From Sandaracinaceae bacterium (GTDB taxonomy: Bacteria > Myxococcota_A > Polyangia > Polyangiales > Sandaracinaceae): a DNA stretch of 24,000 nucleotides. Position 1 is the first letter of the stretch; each line of letters begins with the position of its first letter. Made by a program: the position numbers and the translations under genes. Under the pieces are notes generated by a model, which worked only from the letters and a program-made list of their open reading frames with translations, ran no database searches and was not told the DNA's origin. Positions 1-9,036 of this stretch are shown piece after piece. Where the stretch lies: assembly GCA_044373065.1 (NCBI GenBank), contig JBILQT010000066.1, positions 4,836 through 28,835 on the forward strand, written 5' to 3'.

Positions 1-174
1 GACGCGCGCCTCGCCTTCGACCACCAGGTACATGTCGTCATCGCGCTCGCCCTCACGCACGACGAAGGTCCCGCGTGTCACGCGCAGCGGGTCGAAGAAG
101 GGCGTGAGGCGCTCACGGCACGTGCTGTCGAGGAGGGAGAGGCATCGGCCGAGCGTGGGCACGTCTTGAGTCAT
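1..174 (-). CDS. cyclic nucleotide-binding (cNMP/Crp-like) domain protein, N-terminal 58 codons only; gene runs off the left edge
   Basis: Not in the ORF track because it is partial. The reverse complement of 174..1 starts with ATG (174..172) and reads MTQDVPTLGRCLSLLDSTCRERLTPFFDPLRVTRGTFVVREGERDDDMYLVVEGEARV without a stop. The F..G..VvREGE..D.MYLVveGea.V pattern is the typical start of a cNMP-binding beta-roll. It lies 58 nt downstream of, and co-directional with, the two small membrane protein genes. Confidence 0.5.
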   Translation of the reverse strand, partial: MTQDVPTLGRCLSLLDSTCRERLTPFFDPLRVTRGTFVVREGERDDDMYLVVEGEARV

Positions 175-232
175 CGGTGCGCATCGTATCGGAGGCGCCT
201 TGGATGACCGTGCTCTCGCGCACGAATGCGCT

Positions 233-727
233 TCACTCGCGGTGCTCGATCCCCGTGTGGCTGACGATTTGCGCGCAGAGCTTCTTCAACTCGCGGCAGT
301 CCTCGGCTTCTTCAGTCGACGCGCTCTGGATGATCCATCGCTTCCCGTTCTTGAGCATGAGCATCAGCTCCATCCGATGCTCCGTCTCGTCGATCTGCAG
401 ATGCGAGATGCCGACGAAGATGGCTTGCGAGCCATTCCCTCGACGTACGACGCGGGCTTGGCGATCGAAGTGATACGTCGCAGCGCCTGCGATGCTTCGC
501 GCGAAGACGAGCAGGAGGAGCCCCAAGAGGGCCGCGCCTGGCCCAAGCACGAGAAAGAGCAGGTGGTAGATGCGGAAGTGATGGGCGAAGAGAACCACCG
601 CCATCGAGATGACCGTCACCGCGATGCCACCCAGCAGGAGGACGAGCCCCGCCCACAAGACGCTACGCGTGTTCACGACGATGGAGAGCACATCGCCCTC
701 AAGAGAAATTGCTTTGCCTTGGCTCAT
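233..727 (-). CDS. small 2-TM membrane protein with soluble C-terminal domain (paralog B of a tandem pair)
   Basis: ORF 233..874 trimmed to the internal ATG at 727 (MSQGKAISLEGD...). A GAGGGGGAA purine run sits 5-13 nt upstream and overlaps the TGA stop of the upstream paralog. There are two long hydrophobic helices (VLWAGLVLLLGGIAVTVISMAVVLF and LLFLVLGPGAALLGLLLLVF), then a ~90-aa C-terminal domain. It aligns along its length with the product of 739..1215. The layout resembles membrane-flanked bacterial PH-like (bPH/DUF304-type) proteins, but I cannot verify that. Confidence 0.6.
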   Translation of the reverse strand: MSQGKAISLEGDVLSIVVNTRSVLWAGLVLLLGGIAVTVISMAVVLFAHHFRIYHLLFLVLGPGAALLGLLLLVFARSIAGAATYHFDRQARVVRRGNGSQAIFVGISHLQIDETEHRMELMLMLKNGKRWIIQSASTEEAEDCRELKKLCAQIVSHTGIEHRE

Positions 728-738
728 GGTGTTCCCCC

Positions 739-1215
739 TCAGTGCTGTGTGAACCCAGTGAAGCGCGCGATCTGATTCGACAGCAGCTCCACATCGCCCT
801 CGTCGCGGCTCACGCCGATGCGCATGCGCTTTCCGTTGTGCAGCACCACGTCGAGCGATCGACCAACCACCCACTCATTCCGTGTCTCGAGATGCGCGAT
901 GCTCGAGAAGAGCACTGTCTGCCCGCCGTCATCGCGCTGGATGGCGCGCATCTTTCGGTCGACGGTGAATGAGCGTTGCTTGGCGATGCGCCTGGCGAAG
1001 AGAAGCCCGTAGGAGCCCCCAAGAATCGCGAACGGGATCATCAAGACAACGTAGGGGCGATAGTGGTCGTCGTAGACGATTTCCACGAACTCAAGGATGG
1101 CGAGGAAGAGCCCGCACACCGCCATGACAGCGGCCATCATCCGGAGCTTTCCTGCATCCGTCTCAACGCGCATCACGTCCCCATCGGTACTGATCTCAGG
1201 CAGAAGCTCGAACAT
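739..1215 (-). CDS. small 2-TM membrane protein with soluble C-terminal domain (paralog A of a tandem pair)
   Basis: ORF 739..1305 trimmed to ATG at 1215 (MFELLPEISTDGDV...), with a strong AAGGAGAG Shine-Dalgarno 4 nt upstream. Two hydrophobic helices (MMAAVMAVCGLFLAILEFVEIV and VVLMIPFAILGGSYGLLFA) are followed by FTVDRKMRAIQRDDGGQTVLFSSIAHLE...VLHNGKRMRIG. This parallels YHFDRQARVVRRGNGSQAIFVGISHLQ...LKNGKRWII in the downstream gene. Confidence 0.6.
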   Translation of the reverse strand: MFELLPEISTDGDVMRVETDAGKLRMMAAVMAVCGLFLAILEFVEIVYDDHYRPYVVLMIPFAILGGSYGLLFARRIAKQRSFTVDRKMRAIQRDDGGQTVLFSSIAHLETRNEWVVGRSLDVVLHNGKRMRIGVSRDEGDVELLSNQIARFTGFTQH

Positions 1216-1303
1216 CCGACTCTCCTTGGATTGCTCACCTGGCTGGCGCGTTTGGCGCCTCCCATCTCTCGACTTGCGCCCGACCTTCGCGCACGAAGCG
1301 CGC

Positions 1304-1792
1304 ATGAGTCAACCGAAGTTTTGCCTTCGCTGCGGCACCGCACTTGTCCCCGTCACACTCGAAGAGCGCACGCGCTTGCGCTGCGCCTCGGATGACTGCG
1401 GCTACATCCACTACGGCAATCCGACGCCTGTGGTCGCGGCGATTGTGCAGCTGGGCGAGGATGTGATTCTCGCGCGAAACAAGGGCTGGCCTGAGGGGAT
1501 GTACGGGCTTGTGACGGGCTTTCTTGAGGCGAACGAGACGCCGGAGGAAGGCGCGCTGCGCGAGGTGAAGGAAGAGCTCTCGCTGGTCGGCGAGGTGCGC
1601 TCTCTCGTCGGTGCGTATGCCTTCCCGCATCGCAATGAGATCATCATCGCCTACCACGTGGTGGCAGAGGGCGAGCCGGTGGTCGGCGAGGAGCTCGCGG
1701 GCATCAAGCGCGTGCCGATTGCGAAGCTGCGGCCCTGGCCCTTCGCGACGGGCGATGCGGTGCGGGATTGGCTCAAGACGCGATCGCGCTGA
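1304..1792 (+). CDS. NUDIX hydrolase with N-terminal zinc ribbon (NudC / NADH pyrophosphatase-like, short form)
   Basis: ORF 1097..1792 trimmed to ATG 1304 (MSQPKFCLRCG...). It has a CxxC...CxxxxC zinc ribbon (CLRCG...CASDDCG) and a Nudix box GFLEANETPEEGALREVKEELSL (Gx5Ex7REUxEExGU). The downstream RPWPFATG resembles the NudC-type SQPWPFPxS motif. The upstream part of the long ORF overlaps the divergent gene at 739..1215. Confidence 0.85.
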   Translation: MSQPKFCLRCGTALVPVTLEERTRLRCASDDCGYIHYGNPTPVVAAIVQLGEDVILARNKGWPEGMYGLVTGFLEANETPEEGALREVKEELSLVGEVRSLVGAYAFPHRNEIIIAYHVVAEGEPVVGEELAGIKRVPIAKLRPWPFATGDAVRDWLKTRSR

Positions 1793-1801
1793 TCGCGTCT
1801 T
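1775..1801. terminator. perfect 11-bp-stem hairpin between convergent genes (possible bidirectional terminator, no strong U-tract)
   Basis: AAGACGCGATC (1775-1785), loop GCGCT, GATCGCGTCTT (1791-1801). All 11 pairs were checked by hand. It spans the NUDIX stop codon (1790-1792) and sits 22 nt from the S9 peptidase stop (1823). Only TT/TCTT follows the stem, so the assignment is tentative. Confidence 0.4.
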
Positions 1802-1822
1802 GCACGTAGTTGCCGCTGCGCC

Positions 1823-3858
<2,036 letters not shown>

Positions 3859-3862
<4 letters not shown>

Positions 3863-4866
3863 CGGTTGGCCTGCATCATCTGAAGGAGTGCTGCGGCTCC
3901 GAGCGCGCGGCGTGTCTCATCGGGCGTGAGGTTCGTCTGAAGGTCGATGGCGGTGCCTGCACGCGTGCCTTGAAGTGCTTCGAGCGGGCGGCTCAAACCG
4001 GCGCTGCGCACAAGGAAATGGCCTGCGTACTGGGCTGCGTATGCGGTGACCCAATCGAGTGCGGATTGCGCGTCCGCTTCATTCGCGAAGTCCGCGTGGA
4101 TGTAGACGAAGAGGTAGTGGGTCGCGTCGTCTTCCATCACGTTGACGCGCGTCGTGTTGGGTGGCGTTGGGTAGCCCGCGTAGGCCGGAAGACGATCACG
4201 GATGTCAGCCGTCGCGAGCTCTTGCGCGGCGAAGTTCAACGTCGGCTCGACGACCATGTCGGCGTTGCCTGCACGACGAAGCGCCTGGTTGCGCGCGACC
4301 TCTGCGATGCGTGCGACGTCATCCGTTGGGCAGATGACAATCTCATGTGCGGCCGTGAGCACGACCGAGTGTGGAATCGCGAGGGGGACGGGCAGCGTGC
4401 TGACCGCGAAGCCGCCAGCCTCACTCCATGTGAGCGGGATCGAGCGCGCGATCGACATCTGCAGCAGGTGATCGCGAATCATCGCCTCGGTGCCCACGTA
4501 GCGCAGCACAGCGACACGCCTGTCGGCGTAGAGCGCCTCGGAGGCGATCACCATCGCGTCGAGCTCCTGCACTGGCTGAATGCCCGAGCCTGCCGTCAGC
4601 TCCTGCCACATCGCCTGGCCTGCAATCGCTGACTCCACATCGGCTGCGACGGGCGAGCGACGCACGCGCGCCATGTCGAGCTTCGCAAGGACGCGGTGCG
4701 CCTCAGGCAGGAACGAGGGCGGCGGTCCGACAGGCGCTTCCGATCCAGAAGTGCCGTTGTTGCTGTTGCCTTCCTCGGGCGACGCGCCTCCGCCGCAACC
4801 GATGAGCGCGGTGAAGGCGAGTGCGTAAAGCGTGAGCAGGAGGAAGGGTCGTCGAGCGTTCGTCAT
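3859..4866 (-). CDS. hypothetical lipoprotein
   Basis: 335-aa ORF, ATG at 4866. The signal/lipobox is MTNARRPFLLLTLYALAFTALIGCGG, followed by a Gly/Ser/Pro linker. It is translationally coupled (ATGA overlap) to the S9 peptidase gene. I recognise no family. Confidence 0.7.
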
Positions 4867-4887
4867 GCCCGCGAATGTACAGCGAGA

Positions 4888-5373
4888 TCACACAGGCCAC
4901 AGGCGTCGAAAGCTGACGGCGAGAATCGTCTTGGCCTCGTTCTCCACGAGCGCGCCGTAGCGACATTTCTCGACGAGCATCCCGGACTGCATCGCGTTCT
5001 TGCGATCGACAAAGCGCACGCGCGCGCCCTCATGAAGCTGCGCGAAGACGAGCGCATCGGCGGCCACATCGGCCAGCGCATGCCCGTGGGAGGCGTCGGC
5101 TGTGCCCCGAATGCGCGCGTGCGGCACGCGGTGCAGTCGCCCCTCACCCACCCAGACATCGGCATCCTCGTGCGAGGCAAAGACAAGCGCGCCCTCGAGC
5201 GCCTTGCCCCGCACATCGACGAACTGCACGAGCACGCCGGGATTCATCCCAAGGGGCGGAAACATCGCAGCCTCGATGCGCCCGCCGAGGGCCGCGCGGG
5301 CCTCATCCACCGAGGGCGGGGCATGGCTCACGGAGGCGGCGGCGCCGAGGGAGGGCAGGCTTCGCTTGGTCAT
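4888..5373 (-). CDS. hypothetical protein (about 161 aa)
   Basis: This is the C-terminal part of ORF 4888..5847, trimmed to ATG 5373 (MTKRSLPSLGAAAS...). In a hand count of 5221-5280, the third-codon phase is about 80% GC, consistent with coding. That phase bias disappears upstream of about 5400. The start is uncertain; the internal ATGs MFPPLG and MNPGVL are alternatives. No family recognised. Confidence 0.5.
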   Translation of the reverse strand: MTKRSLPSLGAAASVSHAPPSVDEARAALGGRIEAAMFPPLGMNPGVLVQFVDVRGKALEGALVFASHEDADVWVGEGRLHRVPHARIRGTADASHGHALADVAADALVFAQLHEGARVRFVDRKNAMQSGMLVEKCRYGALVENEAKTILAVSFRRLWPV

Positions 5374-5453
5374 CCTGGCAGTGTGACCGCTCCGTCGCGG
5401 ATTCCGAATCGGAACCTGCGTCGTTTTCCAGGGACTCTCTGCGTCTTGAGCCG

Positions 5454-5723
5454 CCCACGAGCCCGTGGTTTGCAAAACGAGGGGAGGAAAGGGCAACCAC
5501 GAGCTCGTGGTTGGGAGAACGAGACGAAGAAAGCGAATCCACGAGGCCGTGGGTGCGCTTTCCTCTGCCGGGATCGCCAACCACGAACTCGTGGGCGGCG
5601 CTTTGTGTGCTGGAATTCCGAACCACGAGGCCGTGGTTGGACAAACCTTGCCTCCTTGTGCCAACCACGAGGTCGTGGGCCGCGTTTGGAGCGGGCGTTG
5701 GCACAACCACGAGGTCGTGGGTC
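5454..5723. repeat. array 1: seven inverted-repeat units (consensus AACCACGA-N3-CGTGGTT) at an exact 42-bp period
   Basis: The invariant core CCACGA...CGTGG starts at 5455, 5497, 5539, 5581, 5623, 5665 and 5707, so all six intervals are exactly 42 bp. The unit at 5494-5513 is a perfect 20-bp palindrome (CAACCACGAGCTCGTGGTTG). The ~24-bp spacers are diverged. Non-coding by phase-GC count; see findings. Confidence 0.85.
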
Positions 5724-5740
5724 CGCGAAACCCTAGGCGC

Positions 5741-6253
5741 TCACTCGGTCCAGGCGCCGTGCATCGCGGTGCACTGTGTCTGCGCGGCTTCCGTCGTGGA
5801 GGGGTGCTCGCCGGTTGCGTAGAAGTAGGAGACGTAGGCGCCAGCACCCATCGTCATCGCACAGCCGCCCGCGACCCCTGGGACGCGTCCCTCGGTGGGG
5901 CAGCGCACGGTGTTGGACACGGCGCCTGGGCCGCCCTGGCCTGCGGTGCGGACGGCCATCCCGTTGAAGCCCTGGAGCATTGCGGCGGCTGCGGCGGGGT
6001 CGTCGGGCAGATCGGCGGCGATCTCCATGCACTGACCGTTGGCCGCAATCGTGTTCACCGAGAGCTGGAAGGTGCCGTAGTTGCCGATGCGTGCGGGCGC
6101 GGCAGGTGCAGCAGGCGCTGCAGGTGCGACCACGGCGGGTGCCTCCACAACGGCGGGCACAACCGACGCGACGGGGGCTGCACCCTCGGGCGCCGCGGTC
6201 TCCCCGCATCCAACAAGGGCCAACGAGAGGAGGAGGGATCGCGTCTTGGTCAT
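5741..6253 (-). CDS. hypothetical lipoprotein with Ala/Pro-rich linker and Cys-containing C-terminal domain
   Basis: ORF 5741..6352 trimmed to ATG 6253 (MTKTRSLLLSLALVGCGE, classic lipobox), with GGAGAAA 6 nt upstream. An AP-rich linker (APAVVAPAAPAAPAAPA) precedes a ~110-aa domain with 4 Cys. No family recognised. Confidence 0.7.
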   Translation of the reverse strand: MTKTRSLLLSLALVGCGETAAPEGAAPVASVVPAVVEAPAVVAPAAPAAPAAPARIGNYGTFQLSVNTIAANGQCMEIAADLPDDPAAAAAMLQGFNGMAVRTAGQGGPGAVSNTVRCPTEGRVPGVAGGCAMTMGAGAYVSYFYATGEHPSTTEAAQTQCTAMHGAWTE

Positions 6254-6379
6254 GCTGTTTTTCTCCACGCCGTGAATGGCGGAGTCGAACGATGCGGTGC
6301 CTCCACCGCGCGCGCTTGGAGATGAATCGGACGGCGTCCGGCCCTCACGCACGCCCTCGCGCGCTCAGCTCACGACGCC

Positions 6380-7786
6380 TCACGCACCCATGGAAGCGCG
6401 CGCCCGCGTCACAACGCCCTCGATGTCCGCACGAATCTCATTCATGCGGGCCTCGGTGTAGGCCTCGAAGCGAAGGACGAGCACGGGCTGCGTGTTGGAG
6501 GCGCGCACGAGGCCCCAGGCGCCGTCGTCGAAGAGGATGCGAGCGCCATCGACATCGACGATGCGGTTGGTGGGCTTGTAGTGCGCGAGCACGCGGTTCA
6601 CGACGTCGAACTTCGTCTCGTCCGAGCAATCCACGCGCAGCTCGGGGGTCGAGAACGTCTCGGGCACGCCCTCGAGCAGTGCCTCGATGCTCAGGCCGGT
6701 GTGGGTCGCAATCTCGACGAAGCGAAGGGCGGCATAGATGGCGTCGTCGAAGCCGAAGAAGCGGTCGGCAAAGAAGACGTGTCCGCTCATCTCGCCCGCG
6801 AGGAGCGCGTGCTCCTCCTTCATCTTCTTCTTGATGAGCGAGTGACCTGTCTTCCAGAGCACGGGGCGTCCGCCGCGCTTGGCGATGTCGTCGTAGAGCA
6901 CCTGCGAGCACTTCACCTCACCGAGCACGGGCGCACCGGGATGACGTGCGAGCAAGGCGCGCGCGTAGATGATGAGGAGCTTGTCGCCAAAGACGACGTT
7001 GCCCTTGCGATCGACGACACCGATGCGGTCTGCGTCGCCATCGAAGGCGATGCCGAAGTCGAGGTTGTGCTCGCGCACGGTCGAGATGAGCAGCGCGAGA
7101 TTCTCGGGGAGGGAAGGGTCGGGGTGATGCACGGGGAAGTGCCCGTCGGGCTCGCAGAGAAGCGAGATCGGCTGAAGCCCAACCGTCTTCATCGCAAGGA
7201 GCGCCATCGGACCACCCGCGCCACTGCCGGCATCCATCGCAAAGCGCACGGGGTGTGGCCCGAGCTGGATGTTGCCGCGGATGAAGCCGGCATACGCCGC
7301 GCTCGGGTCGAGGGCTGTGACTGTCCCGTCGTAACGGTCGGTGAAGTACTCGGCCGGGTTGCCATCCGCGTCACGGCGGCTGTCGAGCTCGATCATCTCG
7401 CGCAGCTCAAGGATGTCAGCGTTCGTGATGCCAGCCTTGCCGAGCATGATCTTGAAGCCGTTGTCATCCGGCGGGTTGTGGCTCCCGGTGATCTCCACGC
7501 CGCCATCGAGGTCGTAGTGAAAGACGGTGAAGTAGAGCAGGGGCGAGGGCACCATCCCGATGTCGATAATGTCGAGCCCGCAGCGTGTCAGGCCCGCCAT
7601 CAACGCGGCATGAATGCGCGGTGAGGAGAGCCGACAATCGCGACCCACCGCGACGCGCTTACAGCCGCGTCGTTGCCAGAAGGTGCCAAGGGCGCGGCCC
7701 AAAGCCTTGATGAAATCATCGGGGAAGTCGCGCGCAGCCAGGCCTCGGATGTCGTACTCGCGGAACACATTCGGGTTCGGAATCAT
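6380..7786 (-). CDS. manB: phosphomannomutase / phosphoglucomutase (alpha-D-phosphohexomutase family)
   Basis: 468-aa ORF, ATG 7786 with GGGAGA Shine-Dalgarno. It has the phosphoserine loop TGSHNPPDDNGFK, the metal loop FDGDADRIGVVD and the sugar loop GEMSGHVFF, which are the three hallmark motifs of the PMM/PGM (AlgC/ManB) family. Confidence 0.93.
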   Translation of the reverse strand: MIPNPNVFREYDIRGLAARDFPDDFIKALGRALGTFWQRRGCKRVAVGRDCRLSSPRIHAALMAGLTRCGLDIIDIGMVPSPLLYFTVFHYDLDGGVEITGSHNPPDDNGFKIMLGKAGITNADILELREMIELDSRRDADGNPAEYFTDRYDGTVTALDPSAAYAGFIRGNIQLGPHPVRFAMDAGSGAGGPMALLAMKTVGLQPISLLCEPDGHFPVHHPDPSLPENLALLISTVREHNLDFGIAFDGDADRIGVVDRKGNVVFGDKLLIIYARALLARHPGAPVLGEVKCSQVLYDDIAKRGGRPVLWKTGHSLIKKKMKEEHALLAGEMSGHVFFADRFFGFDDAIYAALRFVEIATHTGLSIEALLEGVPETFSTPELRVDCSDETKFDVVNRVLAHYKPTNRIVDVDGARILFDDGAWGLVRASNTQPVLVLRFEAYTEARMNEIRADIEGVVTRARASMGA

Positions 7787-7956
7787 CAGTATCTCCCGTT
7801 GGATTGGTTCATTTTGCAGTTCAACAGAGTCGCTCTTTCGGCACGCAAGATTTTGGTTTCAGCGCGAGCGCGCCCGCAGGGACCGATAGTCGTGCACTCC
7901 CAGCCACAGGGAGGGACCGAGGACGTAAGCCGCGATCAAACCAAAAGATAAGTGCC

Positions 7957-9027
7957 CTAGATGGCGTCGTCGCGGAGGCCGCGCAGGGCGTCCACCACGG
8001 CACGAACGTCTTGCGCCTTGCTGCGCGGCATCACGAGAAGGGCGTCGGGCGTGTCGACGACGACGAGGTCTTCGACGCCGATGAGCGCGACAATCTTGCC
8101 GGGTGCGGCGTGGACAAAGTTGCCGCGGGCATCGACCCACACAGGCGTGGCGCCCTTCGCGGCGTTGCCGAGCAAGTCTTTCTCGGCGAGCTCCCAGGCG
8201 GTTGTCCAGCTGCCGACATCGCTCCAGCCGAAGTCACCGGGCACCACACGCACACGCTCTGCGCGCTCCATCACGCCGTTGTCGATCGAGATGCTCTGCA
8301 CGGTCGCGTAGGCGCTCTTTACGATGCTCGCTTCCTCGCTCGGCGCGCTCGTGCTCACGCCCTGCAGCAGCGCGGCCACCTCCGGCAGATGACGCTCGAA
8401 GGCCTGCACAATCGCGTCGGCGCGGAAGAAGAACTGACCGCTGTTCCAGAGGAAGTTGCCCGCGGTGAGAAACTCTTGGGCCCGCGCCAGGTTGGGCTTC
8501 TCGACGAAGCGTGAGACCTCAAAGGACTCGCCCGTCTCACGTCCCACCTCGATGTAGCCGTAGCCCGTCTCAGGGCGCGAGGGACGAATGCCGATGGTGA
8601 CGAGCGAGCCATCCCGCGTGGCGCGAAGCGCTTGCTGCATCGTCGCGAGGTAAGCGGCCTCGTTGGCGACGAAATGATCGGCCGCGAGCACGGCCAGAAT
8701 CGCATCCTTGTCGCGGCGGAGGGCGTGGTAGGCGGCCCAGGCGACACAGGGCGCGGTGTTCTTCGCGCTTGGCTCGGCGAGGATGTTCTCGGCCGGCACG
8801 TAGGGCACGGCGGCACGCGTTGGCTCGGCGAGATGCTCGCCCGTCACGATGAGGACGCGCTCTGCGGGGACGAGGTCTTTGATGCGCTCCAAGGTCGATG
8901 CGAGCAGCGTCTTCTGCGCGTCGACGAGACCCAGGAGTTGCTTTGGCGTTTTCTTCCGCGAGAGGGGCCAGAAGCGGGTGCCTGAGCCGCCCGCCATGAC
9001 GACCGCAAAGACGTGAGACGTGTCCAT
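7957..9027 (-). CDS. manC: mannose-1-phosphate guanylyltransferase (GDP-mannose pyrophosphorylase), without a C-terminal PMI/cupin domain
   Basis: 356-aa ORF, ATG 9027. It has the N-terminal nucleotidyltransferase signature VVMAGGSGTRFWPLSR, GYGYIE, and FVEKP...A..F...G.FLWNSG, which is typical of ManC/CpsB-type enzymes. Confidence 0.88.
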   Translation of the reverse strand: MDTSHVFAVVMAGGSGTRFWPLSRKKTPKQLLGLVDAQKTLLASTLERIKDLVPAERVLIVTGEHLAEPTRAAVPYVPAENILAEPSAKNTAPCVAWAAYHALRRDKDAILAVLAADHFVANEAAYLATMQQALRATRDGSLVTIGIRPSRPETGYGYIEVGRETGESFEVSRFVEKPNLARAQEFLTAGNFLWNSGQFFFRADAIVQAFERHLPEVAALLQGVSTSAPSEEASIVKSAYATVQSISIDNGVMERAERVRVVPGDFGWSDVGSWTTAWELAEKDLLGNAAKGATPVWVDARGNFVHAAPGKIVALIGVEDLVVVDTPDALLVMPRSKAQDVRAVVDALRGLRDDAI

Positions 9028-9036
9028 GCCGCGGGT

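Noticed and set aside
218-231. GCGCA-ttcg-TGCGC (minus-strand sense) mini-hairpin just after the stop of the second small membrane protein gene
   Set aside because: It has only a 5-bp stem and no U-tract. The next gene starts 58 nt away and is probably co-transcribed.
5454-5723. CRISPR array interpretation of the regularly spaced palindromic repeats
   Set aside because: The period is only 42 bp, with an ~18-bp repeat and a ~24-bp spacer. That is far below CRISPR repeat and spacer sizes. The repeats are imperfect outside a 5+5-bp core, and there are no cas genes or leader in the window.
4888-5847. Long minus-strand ORF (319 aa) reading through array 1 with a 14-aa PTTSWL-type repeat, in frame with the downstream hypothetical gene
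   Set aside because: The array shows no third-position GC enrichment: my hand count gives about 50-70% in all three phases, against about 80% in the adjacent real CDS. At least four of the six frames are open across it because the palindrome is stop-free. The 5' end of this ORF overlaps the lipoprotein gene at 5741..6253 in another frame. I kept only 4888..5373.
6294-6309. Short hairpins in the manB-lipoprotein spacer (GCGGTG-cctc-CACCGC at 6294-6309, and CGGACG/CGTCCG near 6335-6350) as manB terminators
   Set aside because: The stems are only 5-6 bp with tight loops, and no U-tract follows on the transcribed (minus) strand. This is not distinguishable from chance in GC-rich DNA.
5465-6325. 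Plus-strand ORF with an NHELVVG 14-aa repeat, plus the sibling ORFs 5511..5822 (+) and 5303..5710 (-)
   Set aside because: These are mirror and alternate-frame readings of the same palindromic array. The ORF continues antisense through a well-supported lipoprotein gene, which is a typical high-GC shadow ORF.
7839-7856. Sigma-54-like element cGGCACGcaagaTTTTg in the manC-manB spacer
   Set aside because: The -12 GC is missing (TTTT instead of TTGC). It is also on the plus strand, where there is no downstream plus-strand gene.
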